This document shows positions 21,016 through 35,965 of a DNA stretch of 64,000 nt, one piece after another. Source of the DNA: Geosiphon pyriformis uo1 (Eukaryota; Fungi; Glomeromycota); contig JAAOMT010000294.1 of NCBI GenBank assembly GCA_016748015.1, forward strand, positions 40,541 through 104,540, given 5' to 3'. Position numbers and translations under genes: made by a program. Each line of letters starts with the position of its first letter. Position 1 is the stretch's first letter. The notes under the pieces were generated by a model. The model was not told the DNA's origin. It made no database searches and saw only the letters and a list, made by a program, of their open reading frames with translations.

Positions 21016-23876
21016 TCAATTTTCCCTTGAAGTATTACTTGAAGGTATACTGGTAGTACTTGATCTTTTGTTTGCTTTTGTTCCGGCCTTATTAATTGCA
21101 TTCAATTTTAGCCCATTAACTTTTTCATTCAAAGAACCAGAAGAATCTGAACTAGAAGATGTGGCAGAATTGCAAGAATCTGATGATGAAGATCTGACTA
21201 CATGACAAACTGATTCGTTGTTTTGTAATGGGTGATTAGGGTGGTTATTTTCACGATGATTATGATGATACCCATTATGACCATTGTTTTGATTATAATG
21301 GACTGGTTGATATGATGCAGGATGAGAATGAGCACTTGGAAGAACTATCCAACTACTTCTCCTTATAAGGTCCGGAGCACTTCCCGGTGTCATATTTGTT
21401 ATTCCATTGACACCATGTTGTAGATTAACTCGTCCGTTACCATTAACTGTCGAGGAATTCATTGGTATTGGTAAGGTTGTCGATCCATTTGGATTTATAT
21501 TCCTTACATCACTAGAAGGATGATTATTTCCTCCAGATACGGTAGCACCATTTGAGAGACTACTACCACTCCATGCAGGTACTGAACCACGCCTCACCAA
21601 GCCTGGACCCATGGTCTCATTCGTAGGTGTACCCGGTGAAACCGGTGAAGGCATAGAATTACTATGAAAACCACTCAACGGATATCTTGGTAATGGAGGT
21701 AATGCCAATGAAGCCCTTCTTGCGTAACTCAAAGCAGCAACAGCAGCAGAATGCGCTGCTGCTGCCATTGTTGCAGCTGGATTAAATGTCGAACCTATTG
21801 GAGGAGGTAAAATTGTTGAAGGAGTTGTTGGAAGGGATTGTGTCGAATTTGACTGATAAGAATTTTTGTTGTTATTGTTGTATGGATAATTAGTGGAATG
21901 ATGTTGATATCCATTATTAAGATTGACAGGATTTTCATGAGACATTCGTCGCATAAGATTCGTGATACTATGAGTAGGGGAAGATGCTAAAAGAGAATTG
22001 CCATTACTAGTCAACCCGTTTACATTGCCATTATATTTTATAGATGAAGCTATTCCTAATGACGGTAATGTTGTGCCATTAGGATTTGGTGGTGGTCCAG
22101 GTGGAAAAGGAGGAGCAGCAGCAGTTCGGTACGCATGATCCTCTGGATTCAACGTAGGTTTTGGTGAAGAATGTCTTTGATTAAATTGTTGTAAATCATC
22201 ACTTAAATCTCCACTTCGAAAGCGGCTAATGTTGAGTAAAGAACCGCTACTACTTGCACGCTTGATTGTGGATCCTAAACTATAAGACCTTTGATGTTGA
22301 GATTGATGATGAGTATGATGAGGATATGGTTTGTGTATATGATGAGTATTAATTACTCCTCCAGGATAAGGAGCACGCATGGGTGAACCATTAAGGGAAG
22401 ATAGTTGTGAAGAATTACCAAGGCTAGTCATGGAAGAATTTGGAGATGTTCCAGAATATGAACCTGTACGAACTGGTGGTGTACTGGAGCCTTGACTTGA
22501 ATGTATTTGAGGTGAAGATGTCAAAGAATGATATGAGCCATTAATGTTTAATGATTTTGTTGAAGAGAAACTACTATCTCGACGATGTCCACGACTAAGA
22601 TATGGATGATCAGTCTGATCTTCTTCTTTCATAGCTTTTGACCCTCCCCCTTTACTTGTATTGGTATCATCTGTCGAAGGGATTCTCCGTGATCTTTTAT
22701 TTATAATATTTGGATTTTGTGAATCCCATCTATTACCATTAGTACCATTTTGAAATCGGGGGCTTTCATATGTTCCGCTTTGTCTAATATCTTCTTCAAA
22801 GTCCCAATGTTTCAACAATTGGTCTCCATATCTTTGTAATTCCTCTATGTTAATCGCAAGGCGAAAGTCGTTTAATATAAGAAATTCTAATTCAAGCTGA
22901 TTTAATTCGGATACTGGTAAACCTCCAACCTATTAGAATTTGTTTTAAAGATGACAAAGAAAATTTTAATAAATTCGTTTTTCTGAAAAATTCATTGAGA
23001 GAATCACCCCAGGAAAAACTTGAGAGAATATATGCGCTGTGAAATTGGATGAAAAGGTAGAATAAATATTCAAGGAGGATCATTAGATCGCCTTCCAGGA
23101 TGATTGCCGAAGAAAATGCAATTCATTTTGCATCTTAAGTAAGAGATCATCCGGAAAATCCATCAATTCGAAATAATAGAAAGGTAAGGATTTTTGTTTT
23201 GCGACATGTTTGAGATCACTTGAAGTACCGCGAGTATTTTTCTTGGGTTTATTAAGAACTTAACCTAGATCCAACTTAACAGTCCAATAAAAGGACATTC
23301 CTTTCATCACATTACCTGTATTGATGATGTAAATTTTGTGGAAACTGGCATATACTACTATACCTTTGCGTATCTCGAGTTTGTAAAAAATACGTCGGAG
23401 AAGAACTTGGAAGACACCATAATACCGGATATGATCAATCGGTGAATGTTAAAGGAATCTATAGAGAAAGGCTTGCCAGTAGTAGCTATGGCGTTCTTGG
23501 ACATACGATCAAAATAAACTAACAAGGAGAGAAAACATTCATTTGTGGTGGGACAGTACTTTAAAATACGCGCCAGATATGAGTAAATGTCTATTGATGG
23601 AACTGAGCGTGCATGAAAACGGGTAAAGGAAGGGGAAGTAGAAGTGGAAGTAGAAGTGGAAGTAGAGGTGGAAGTAGAGGTAGAAGTAGAGGTAGAGTTG
23701 GAAGTGGAAGTGGAAGTGGGAGTGGAGGGTGTTACTGTCGTGCTACTACTCTCGTTATGGTTAATATTGTGTGATTTCAATTGGTCGTTGGCCTGAGTTA
23801 TCTTTTCAAGAAGTGAGGCCAACATCTTGAGCGTGTCTGTTACGGGAAAATTTGCCAAGTCCAGAGTATGCATCAT
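21016..23876 (-). CDS. PHO80/PCL-family (Pho85) cyclin, PCL6/7-like, with long low-complexity C-terminal tail; exons 23876-23364 and 22929-21016
   Basis: FHARSVPSIDIYSYLARILKYCP..ECFLSLLVYFDRM, NIHRLIISGIMVSSKFFSDVFFTNSRYAK spliced in frame to VGGLPVSELNQLELEFLILNDFRL. Contains a (ST)n repeat at about 23637-23725. Confidence 0.92.
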
Positions 23877-25351
23877 GAATAAAATTTTCTTTTTATACTT
23901 CGTATTCCAGCCTTGAAAGTGTTGATATTTTTAAAGTTCTTGAAAGGATAAGTATAGAACCAACTTGTAAGACGTTCCCTGTTCCTTTCTATTTGGTTTA
24001 AGTCAGAAAAGTTTTTAGCGACCGAGGTATTCTGGTTTGTGAATTTGACTTCTATTGGCCCGAAATCGAATCAGGGCAACAGGTAAAAGACCGAAGTTTT
24101 AAACTTCTGATAAAAAGTAGAAGATTAAACGGCTCTTTGAAGGTGAGAAAAATGCTGTTATTGCTATCAGGTACTTAGTTTAGATGCATGACACAATAAA
24201 CGGGAAAAGCAAAAGGCCAGCAACACAATGGTATAACACTGAGATGATGAGCAAGACTACTTTTTTTTTTTATATAATCCACTTATGTATTCGAGAATTT
24301 TCAAAACAATCTTCACGAGTGAATTTTTTTACTATTAGTAAATACTTTATCAAATTCATCAAAAGGTTTTGAAATAACGTTATCAATTGGTAAGTTTTTT
24401 AAACCTGTGACGGAAAAGATCACTAAATGATTAAATTTAATGATTTATCGGTTATTATTTTGAATACCATGTGATCTTTTCCCAAGTCTAAATACTTTTC
24501 ATTCTATTCGGTTAGAAAATTTTTTACAATCGTTGTCCGCTTTACCAAAAAGCATGCAAACAGGCCAGTAGACAGGTATTTATAAATCTATAAAAAAAGG
24601 TTTTTTACTTAAATCAAATTAGAGCACTGCCACTCCCACTGCAACCACATAATGTATTACATGATACAACTTTTTTCAGAACACCAGAGGTTATTCCTTG
24701 CCATTCTCACTAAATACAACAACAATCTTTTTTTGACCAAAAGTCTGTTGTAAATTGTTAACCATTCAAGTTTCTAAACTTGTAAAACCTTGAAATGGAT
24801 ATGAAGCACTTCAACTGCAGTAATGATATCATCCGATAAATAAAAATTCTATTTGATATTGCTTGGAAAAGGTCACTTTACTTTCCCACTATCGATCTTT
24901 GCTTGATTATTCGAAAAGAAAAAGCGAGCAAAAACCAGTTGATATATTATTGGTTAATAAGACAATTATTGTTAATTTCAATATTCTTTGATTTAAAAAA
25001 TTAATTTATTCATATTTCAATAATAAAAATATTTTTGAGAAATTTAAAGTCAAATTTTACATTTTTATTTTTTGTATTTTTTATAATTATGTAAAACATT
25101 AAATTCATTATTATTTGCAAAAAGCAAAATTATCTTTAATTTAATCAGCTGAACAATCAAAATTCTGAAATGTCATTAGTTTATAACTTAACTGCTAATC
25201 ACAGCTTAAAAAAGATATCGTTATTTTCTGGGAAAATTCCTTCCTTCTGAATCTCGCAAGATTTTTATATTTGTTTTTACAAAGTTTTTCTTTACAAAAG
25301 AGTAAAGATCTTATTTTGCTCCAGGTTTTAGTTATTTACCTATATTCTTCA

Positions 25352-28300
25352 ATGGATGTATTTGAAATTTTCGAGTCAAATTCTCTTGGCTTAGCCAAAC
25401 CATTGGTTCCAATAAAGTGTTTAGCCAGGGCAAAACCTCCCTTGCCACCTGATCTTTTACTTCGAATCTTGAAGTATCTTCCAATCACCTCCCTTCCAAG
25501 TTTTGCACGAGCTTGCCGTCGCTTTAAAGTATTGGTCTATGATGATGAATTATGGGAACAACATTTGAAAACTCTAGGAATTTGGGAAAAGAATAGTGTT
25601 GATGGAAAAAAAGAATTATCAAGTACACTATCAACTCCTTTAGTTAAAAATTCGAGGCCCAATGAAGATCCCCCTGTTGATCATTTCTCTCTCAGTCCAG
25701 CTTTATCTGCTGCTGATTCGATGCCCTCAACCCCAACCTCAAGTGCTATAATTACCGGTAATAATTACAGCGGTAATTTGTTGGATTTTTCGCTCCCAGA
25801 AGGGAAATCTTCAAACTTCTTTGGAATATTACCCGGATTTCATGATCCATTTGTCCAAAAGTCCCCAAAATCATCTAACGGTGTAGCTCGAGCAGCTTTC
25901 AAAGAAGTTTTTAGTGAGTTGCTACCATATTATAGGGATTTTCGATATAGGCCGAAAGATAGTAGGGTTTTTAAGGATTTCTCGGATCCTCTTGATCAGG
26001 CTAAAATGTTGGTAAAATTAATCCGATTTGGAAAGCTAAACATTACCTATGATTCGGTTGTCGTAAGTTCGTGATATTTACATCTTTCTATAGCTTATAC
26101 TTGTAATATCCCTCACCTTTTATCTAACTTTTATTTTTCTTCAGATAAATAATGTACTGAAGACTACAATTGAATACTGTGAAAATATGGCCCTTCATCA
26201 CTTTGAACTAGCCTATAATGCTATTAATGAACCCGAAATGAAGGTATCGAGATCATTATTTTACACCCGATTCCCCACATTGCTTTTCTCGTTCAAATTC
26301 ATTTTATTAATCTCTGGCGACGGTTCGCCTGAAAGAAATGGGCAACGCTCCTTTTGACTATAAATGGGGGAGTAACATGCATTCAGGTTTTTATCCAAAA
26401 GAATTCTATATTCTTTGACCATTTATATGATCCGCTTGATAATTTCGCGTAAGTTTTGAGATGTATCTCGCTATTATTTGTCATTTTTTGCTCAAATTCA
26501 TGAACCCGAAATAATTTTCATGCTATAGGCAATTATCTGCTTCAGGTGAATCAAATTACGCTCCTATGAAAGAATTCTTTAAATCTGTCGAAGAAGAGCT
26601 AGTAAAACAAGCTGCTTTAATCGATCAGGTTTTTCCACCAGTTGTCAATATCTTTTATATGTTTGTTGAACGTGTTGTCGAGGATGTTGTACGTAGCTTT
26701 TTTAATGCTGAAATATTTAATGTTAATTAACTCATTTTCCATAGTTAACCTTCTGCCATCTTATTCAAGATCACAGAGTACATTTCCATCCTGATCGAAG
26801 AAGCTCATAATCGTGAAAGACTTTTATATTTTAAGACAACTGTTGCAGCTCATCAATGTTGCCAGCATGTGGCACAGGTACTTTGGAAAGAAGCAAAACC
26901 TGGTCTTGAGAAAATCAGAGCCGAAGATTTGATGTATCAATTGTTTGAGCCTATGATGGAGCAATATTTAACGGAGGAAATGGATGAAATCCGTATTAGA
27001 TCTGAAGAAGAAATTCTTAAGTGGAGCCAAAAGGTGAACACTTCATTATTTTCATGACATGAAATTTGCTGTTGCAATAACAGCGTGAAGTACCTCTCTC
27101 TTCTATGAGGGAGCAATTGATGACCTGTTAAATAGCTGGCTTGATCCACCTGTTCAGATTTTTATTTCAAGTTTCATTGATATATATATATATATAATTT
27201 AACTTTTTATTTTGTGTGATTTTATCTTAGTTGGTTCACGAAAAAGCAGAGGCCCAACAAGCTATTCTTAATAATGAGAATCGAGAAGTATACAAAAGAA
27301 ATTATCTCTCTTCCTTCCGTAAAATACTCAAACTTCCCACAACTCGTTCGAGAAATTCCCATTCATCTCCTCATGTATCTACCCCGAATCACGTCAAAAG
27401 AAGCAGCACTGGTAGTATTCAAAGTTCTCTTAATTCTCCTCTGAGCCCAGTAAGTACAACAGAACTTCAGGCTGCGCTACTTTGGAATGCTCGCCTCGAA
27501 AAGCTTCAACAAACACTGAGCTTAGAGATGGCTTTGCAAATGGTCCATCTTAATAAGGATGCCCTTCGTAGGGTTGGTTGCTTTTTTGGGTATCCGGATC
27601 GTATGGGTTTGAAAATGTAATTATATCGAATTTCTAGAATGGTCCTCATAAATTTGCTCATGTTTTATTCATAAATTTTTCTAGTCAAGACACCCTAGAA
27701 TTCATATTCATAACGCTTCTGCAAACTTTAGGTCCAATGCATATCAAACCTGGATTTGATACGTGAGTGCAATTTAAAGCTAAATAGTTTTTTCAGATTC
27801 GATTTTCCCTTGATAATAACCATTTTATTAGCGCAGTTCAGCACTTGGGCGAATATAAGCCCGACCTTGAATCTACATCACAAGGCTTGGCACCTTTGGT
27901 TGAGTTTTTTGAATTAGTACACATTGCTGATTTAATGCAACAGATGATGCAGGTTTACTACGATGAAGAGATGGTATGTTCTTTTATTTCATCTTATCAA
28001 AATATCCCAAACTTTTCTTCTTAAATATCTTTTTTACCTTTTGTGAAAAGTGTCAATTTATAGATAAAAGAGACTTTCTAAATTCATGTAATGAAGAGAA
28101 GAAAAAATTTGAAAAAATATTGGATGAGAGTGTAGCTTCAGGTTTGAACAAGGGCATTCAGGTATGAAATCTCAACCATTCAAAAACCGATACAGTTTGT
28201 CATGTAAAAAACTTTTTGCAAAAATGCTGTAGAATGGATGACCGAGAAAGGGTGATGAACCTTTCGGATGTAAACTTGTCTATACAATTAATTTGATATG

Positions 28301-29494
28301 TAGAAAAATGTTCTGTGAGTTTTTGGTTCCCTTTTCTATAATGTGAACTAAACTGACATTCATCGATCATACTTATTAGGTATTAATTGATCAAGTGGAA
28401 TTTATTCTCACCACAGAACAAAAACCAGAGGACTTCAAACCTGAGAATAACGTAGATTTAGATTTACAGCCAACTAAGGTATTTATAATCTCATGATTAC
28501 TTCCTAAAATTTCTCGTCTGATTATATCTCTCATTACTCTTTGTTTACAGGCATGCACAGATGCGGTTGATTGTCTTTCGCGCCACGCCAAATTGGTTGT
28601 TGGTTGCTCTGATAAAAATACACTAGATGTCTTTTTTCAAGAGATTGNNNNNNNNNNNNNNNNNNNNATGTTCTGTGAGTTTTTGGTTCCCTTTTCTATA
28701 ATGTGAACTAAACTGACATTCATCGATCATACTTATTAGGTATTAATTGATCAAGTGGAATTTATTCTCACCACAGAACAAAAACCAGAGGACTTCAAAC
28801 CTGAGAATAACGTAGATTTAGATTTACAGCCAACTAAGGTATTTATAATCTCATGATTACTTCCTAAAATTTCTCGTCTGATTATATCTCTCATTACTCT
28901 TTGTTTACAGGCATGCACAGATGCGGTTGATTGTCTTTCGCGCCACGCCAAATTGGTTGTTGGTTGCTCTGATAAAAATACACTAGATGTCTTTTTTCAA
29001 GAGATTGGATTGAGATTTTTCGGGTATAAATTTCTTTCTGAGGTCATATTAAACTATGCAATTAATAACCAAGCTTTTTTGTTTAGGATTTTAACCAAAC
29101 ACCTCAAGAAGTTTGTAGTGAACATGAATGGTGGATTTCAAGTAATTAGGTATTATTCAATGATTTAAAATCTCTATTTGAAATAGTGTCGTCATTTTAA
29201 CTTTATTTTCTATAAAATAGCGATTTAAACTGTTATTGCTCTTTCATGGCATCACTCCGACAGCCCGAAATTAAGCCTTATTTTATCGCTATGAAAGAAC
29301 TTGGAAATATTTACATTATATCCAATGCTCACGATATTGGGGTTTTTGTTCGAGAAGCTGATCGGTTTAATGGAGTTTTACGCGCTGAAGATGTTTACGA
29401 GTTTTGTCAAAAGCGAGAAGATTGGTTGTTGATAAAAAAGGAGGTTGAGAAACAGCTATTCGGTTTAAGAGTTGAAGATTGTTCGATTATGTGA
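25352..29494 (+). CDS. RCY1: Recyclin-1 (F-box + Sec10-like domain), about 13 exons, C-terminal CAAX box
   Basis: F-box LPPDLLLRILKYLP..LPSFARACRRFKVLVYDDELW; Sec10-like helical region (FEKILDESVASGLNKGIQV, DLQPTKAC, EIGLRFF, SDLNCY); ends CSIM*. GT-AG introns keep frame. Confidence 0.88.
28308..29007. other. Artefactual identical 340-bp duplication (28308-28647, 28668-29007) around N gap 28648-28667
   Basis: The copies are identical, include intron sequence, and abut the gap exactly, as expected for an unmerged contig overlap. Confidence 0.9.
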
Positions 29495-31078
29495 AACCCT
29501 CGACTTTTTTCTTTACAAAAACATTTAATGTATATTATAATGTGATCTGCTATGGTCAACTCTTTCACTTTATTAAAATAATTTTGCCAAGCAATTAGAT
29601 TTTGAGTATTATAATAATTATGGCGTTCGCCTTGATTCCGCTATGCGATTTCAACCCCATTCTGCAAGGCAATTTAAAATTCTTAATCAGAAATCCCTCC
29701 TTTACGGTATAATCTGTTTCCGCAGATCGTAGCTTTTCTACAAGAACAAGCGGACTTTGACTCTTCCTAATGATAATAGTGTATTTGGAGTGCTAGAGCT
29801 GATTATGCCTTATCCCAAATATCAATTCCTTATGTAATATAACTCCACTCGGGCCAACTAATGCAGGAGGTTTGTATTCAGACATTTGTGCAGTACTAGC
29901 ATCTTTAGTCAATTGCCATTCAAATTTCAAGTGCGATACAGACACCTTTGCGCTCGTCAAGTTGACATACAAGTCTCACCGAATTTTTGTATCTTACTCT
30001 GGCCGAGAAGACTAGATCCTGTTATTTCTAACGCTCCCCACGACAACTTTCAGACTAACGAGATCTCGGTAATTTATGTACCCATCTAGTAGATTGCTTA
30101 AGAGCTGGTTCAGCGATGATCTTCCCACGATTTACAAGTTTTACGTCCTATTAATAGTAATTCGCTCACGCGGATTTCTGTATGAGGATTCCGGTTATCT
30201 TCCCAAGTCCCCAAAATCTATGATACATTTATTTCTCGAACGTTATTTTCAATTTACTTGAATCAAAAATTTGTAACTAGCGACCCGAGTATAAAATTTT
30301 TAGTAAATATGTTTTTTTTTATATGAAATTGTTTTTTTTTATATATACACATCTAAAAGATTTAAAGCGAACGTTTATAGTTATAGCAAAATTACAAGAC
30401 TTTATTAAATTCAAAAAACTCCTCAAAATTGAATCACAACAAAAAACAAAAAATTAATTTTTTGTTACTAAATTGTGAATTTAATATTTTAAATACATTT
30501 TTGATTTTAAACTTACTTTTAATATAAAAAATTTTACAACAAAATTAATTGCCAATTTTTTGTTATTAATTTTACTTGTTTAATTTTAAATTGTATAATT
30601 AAATAATTTTAATTGTTATTTTAAATTATGTTTGACTTAAATTATTGCTTTTTGTTGATTTGATTTTTACTGAATTATTTTAGCTGTTTAATTTGAATTT
30701 TTAAATAATTAATATTGTTTTTTAAAATTAAACAAAATTATTACATAATTAAATTAATGAACAGACTATGCATACTTTTATGAAATATAATCTTATAAAC
30801 AAACTAAGAATTTATAGTTAAACATGATTTATGTTTTTGTTATATATAACCAGTTACTTAAGCTAACCAAGATTGTATTATGTACTTATAACAACATTAA
30901 TACTACTATTTAAACCAGAAAAAAACATGTATTGTTTATGTAAATCAAAACTAATGGCTAAAACTTTATTAATATCCAATAAACAAATCACACTATCTAA
31001 TAAACTTACAGCCAAATTATATAAATTGTATAAAATAAAAGACATATTATTAATCAAATTATGCTTTTCTATTGCTGC

Positions 31079-32066
31079 TATTACTCGAATAGAAAAACCA
31101 ATCCAAAAGCTATTGAAAAAACATGATTAAAACGTGATAACACAGAATAATACATAATAATTTAAGATAATACACAATAACACAATAATATAAAATAGTA
31201 CAGAATAATTAGCCATAACATAAAATAACTAGTTATAGTATAAAAAAATAAAACAACAACAATTATAATAAGTAATAGCTAATAAGAACAAACAATTGAA
31301 AACAATTTTGTAAAACTAGAAAATATATATAAAAATGAGTAGTTTTAACAGAAAAAAAAAGACAGACAGATAGACAAGAACAAATTTTCTTCTTTTTTTC
31401 TTCTATTTTTTTTATGAATTAATCTTATCTATATCTTATATTTATATTACTTTAAATAAAAAAAATAGTTGAAATCAAATCACTTATATTTGATTTTCGA
31501 ATTTATGTGTTTCAATTGAATTAATCACTTTTCTTGTCTTAGTTCTCAGCTAAATGCTTTTAACATAATTGCAGTAAAACCTTAATGATTTGAACCAATT
31601 ACTTTTAATCATAATATTTAATAATACTAATTTTTTTTCTTTATTTTAATTTTATCTTTTCTTTTTTTTTACTTATTTTTTTGTAAAATAGCAATATTAT
31701 AAAATTGACTGTTTGAAAATAGATTTTATAATAGTCTGGTAAAAAAAAGAAGCTTTTCTAAGATTGAATATTAATATTATCTTATTAGTTTACTAGAAAG
31801 ACAAAAAAATATTATCAGACCCTAATAATTGTATTCAACTAGCTTAAAAAAAATAGCTCATCTATATTAACTACAAACAGCCAAAACACTTTTTTATGTC
31901 TTTTAACCAAAGAACTTCACAGATAAATTTATATCTATAACAAATCTTCAGAGACTAATAATATTAATACACTTTATATATCTACAAAAAAATTTTTTAA
32001 GCTTTTTTTATTTAAATTTAGAATACCAAACATTATTATTATATTTTACCAATTTTATTTATAATA
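31079..32066 (+). mobile_element. Solo LTR (Gypsy family), 4-bp TSD CTGC
   Basis: Termini TATTAC...TATAATA (decayed TGTTAC...TGTAACA). CTGC at 31075-31078 and 32067-32070. Colinear with about 43135-44096. Confidence 0.8.
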
Positions 32067-35000
32067 CTGCTTTATATTTAAATCTATATAATTAAACTTT
32101 TTTTCTATAATTTGTTATAAGTATTAAATAAATATAACTATAAACAATTAAGTTATTTTGATTTCTTTAAACATTAACAAAGTCTCAATATATTAGTTAT
32201 TAAAGACTATATCTTTATAAAAAACTGTGTAAATAAAGTTATTTAAAACACCAAAATTTATTAATATTACTATTAAAAAAAACAAAAACAATATATTTGA
32301 TTAAAAAACCCAAAATTTCAAAAATTATTTTAATAAATCTAATTAAATATTAGTATTAATTTTATATGTAAAAACATAATCTAAGAATTCAATCTTTTTA
32401 CAATAAAAATAAACTACTTTTAAGTATTATTTATTATAAAAATACTTTTAAATAACATTATTAAAATGTTTTTATTATAAATAAAATTAAAATTTTGTTT
32501 TTTTTTAATTCAACTGCTATTACAGATATCTGATCTAAACAAATTAAGCTCCAAAATACAAATACTAAAAACAACTTAATTATATAAATAAATATTAATT
32601 ATATTAAAAAAAAAAAACACTTAAGAACCAAAAAGATATTTTAGAACTTAATAAGTATTGGTAATATTAAACCAAAAACTCAAACATTAATATTTAGACT
32701 CAAATTATTAAAATATGTAATAGTTTTATTAACAATACTACAAAATTTGAACTTTTTTAATAAATTATTTGTAAAAACATTAATAATTAACAAATTTGCT
32801 TTTATTAAACACTTTTTAATTATTAATAATTTATAAAAATTTATAATATTTTAACAATTAAAATTATATCTAAAAACAAAATAGTTTTACAAATATATCT
32901 GTTTTAAAAAAAATAAATAAAATCTAATTTTTTTTATTAATAAAAAATTTTTTGCTTAAAAATTCTGTTATATTTGTTAAACAATTATTCTTTAAAAGTT
33001 ATATCAAGTTTTTTTAAAAAACCAATCATATTTAAATACAATTTTACATTCAAAATTTTTAAAATAAGAGTATTATTTAAGCTTAAAAACACAAAAAAAT
33101 CAAGTTTATTAATAAAATATCACAATTTACATAATTTTAATTAAGCTAATATGTAACTTAATTAAATAATGTAAAAATTTAATAAAACATAATCAAAAAT
33201 TTAAAATCTATAAATCTATAATAAAAAAGACTAATAATATTATATATATTTAAAAATAAAACCAAAGATACAATCTTACTTTTAGTTTAAATCTGTTTAA
33301 ATAATTTAAGATTATATAACAAAAAATACTACAGAGTTTTACTTAAAAAGTTTTTAGAAAGATTTGTTTTATTCTTTAAATTTCAGTATATTATTATATT
33401 TTATTTTTAATATATATTCTTAAAAACAAAACTGAATTGTAATTTGTAATTAATTATAAATTAAAACACAGTAAAAACCAAATACAAGAATTATCTATTA
33501 AAAATAACTTTTTTTAAAACCATATTAACAAAAAACTTGATGTTTAAATAAGTTTTAAATATATTAAACTTAAAAAACTTATTTATAAACAAGAAAATTT
33601 TAAATAATAATATAATTTTCTATTTTTTAGCAATTACAATAAGTAAATTATTAATAGATAAATTAGTATTAACAATATATTTGTTAATAAAATATTATTA
33701 ATTTTAAAAAATTACTAATTATATTAAAGATATATTAAATTATAATATAACTATTATTAATTTAGATAGTATTATTTACAAAAGTACTAGCTGCTAAATA
33801 TAATATCAATTCAAATTAGTTATTAGTATAACTTGTTTTTAATACATATTTAGATTTAATATATTAATTGAAAAACTGTTTATACTTTTTTATTTTATAC
33901 AGAAAAAAATCATAAAAAATATAATATAATAGAAAAAAAAAACTTTATTTTAATTCAAATTATTATAAATCTTATAACAATATAATTTAAATAGTTATTG
34001 TAAATACTCTTAAAAAATTTAATAAACTTAATTTTTTGCAAACTGTTTTTTAAATAAAACTATTTAACTAAATTATATGTTTTATACATATTTTATAAAA
34101 TTAATAATAGTTTATAATCTTTTTCTAATATATTTTTTATAATTAAATTAATAATAAAAATTGGCAATAAAATTAATATACTTTTTAAAACTAAAAAATT
34201 GTTATTATAAAGAATATTAAACGTATTACATATTTTTAAAATATAATCTAATAATTTTTTAAAAATATTTTATAAGCAGTTTTAATCAAAGTTATTAAAC
34301 AAATATTAATTAAAACTTTTTATTTATTTAATTTAAAAATTATTAATATTTATATATGTTTTTATTAAGCAAATATTAATTTTAAAATCAAATAAGAGTT
34401 TAGTAAAACTAAAAATATACCTACAATATTTTTGTTATAATATTGTTAAAGTTTATTTAAGATATTAAAAAGTTTGACTGTTTTGTTATTAAAAAATAAT
34501 TTAATAATTGATTAAAATTTATTTAAAAAAATTTGACTTATTATATTCAAAAAAGTTGTGTTATTTATAAAGTCTACTAAAATATATTATTGTTATTAAA
34601 AAATAAAAATCTTATTAAAAACAATTCAGTTTTTAATTTATTCTGCTATAATAAAATTTAATTAAATAATTTAAAATTATTTTGTAATATAAATATTTTA
34701 AAATATTATATATTATATAATCTTTATTATTAACAAAATTTTTTATGTATTTGTTAATTATAGAATTAATTTTGTTTATCTTGATTTTGTAAAATTTTTT
34801 TAGTTTTTAAAAAATCAAGTTAATAATATTAAAATCTAAATTAGTCTAAATAAAATCTCAGATAGCTTTAATCATTTTAAGATTTAATTTTAACTATTTA
34901 TAAATAAATCTGACAAAATTTATATTCAAAATTAACAATAAACATTTAAGTATTTTAAAACCAAAAGTTTTAATTCTAAAAAATATAAAAAATAAAAATT

Positions 35001-35965
35001 CTTAATATATAATATTTTATTAATTTAATACTTAAAAACCACCTAATTAGCAGCAAAACACATAATATTTTTAAGAAATTTTTATATTATATCTAAATTA
35101 TTTATTAATTTTAAACTTTTAAAGTCATAATTTAAAGCAATTAATCTTAACAAAATAATATTTTTAAATCTAATTTATTTTATATTATTAATATCTTTGA
35201 AATTATATTTTAAATAGCTTTTATTAATTTGTTTTTTTAAAGTAAAAGATATAATATTCAAAAAAAAAATTATTTCTATTAAAACACATGTAATCTTATA
35301 ATCTGTTTAAAAAATTTTTTGCACATTCAAAATACTATAAATTATTATAATATTACTTAAAAAAAGAGAAACAAAATAAAGTTAATAGTTTTTTTAATTT
35401 TATATAAATTTATTTAAGTAAGAATCTTAACAAAAAACCGTTTAAAAGTAAATTAAACAAACTCAAATCTAAGAATATTTTAAAATTAATATTATGTTTT
35501 GTATTATTTTTATTAAAACTATTTTTTAAAATAACAAAAGTACTTTTATTAAATACTTTAACAAAAAATAAATTAATAAGTAAAGCTTGATTCAACTTTA
35601 TATTAATAGATATATTTGTATATAATTCTAATATTTTAATTAACTATTTGTTCTTAAACAATAAACAAATTAATAAAAGTTTATTAAGAATTTCAAAAAC
35701 TTTAGTAAAATGTTTAACTAATTATATATTTATAATTATTATAATATTAATACTTAAAAAACTTAATTTCAATTCTAAAGTAAATGTTTATATTTTATTA
35801 AATTTGTTTATAATAAAAAAGTTTTCCATTTTTTTTTTTTTTTTGCATTTAATGAGTAAAGCCCAACCACTATCTAGTACATAGAGCCAAACTAAGTGGC
35901 TCAAACTAAATGCAACTCACACAATAACTACATGTAACTAGTCACTTAGGCCAGACTAGGCAACA

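Noticed and set aside
23091-23158. SECIS element or TPP riboswitch
   Set aside because: It lacks the GA quartet and TPP core motifs, and the host gene has no relevant function.
28308-29007. Tandem exon duplication in RCY1
   Set aside because: The copies are 100% identical and bounded exactly by an N gap, indicating an assembly overlap.
32071-35820. Specific LINE calls in ultra-AT-rich DNA (also 16600-18300 and 60600-62600)
   Set aside because: Probably TE relics, but too decayed to assign by eye. The short K/N/I/F-rich ORFs there are compositional noise.
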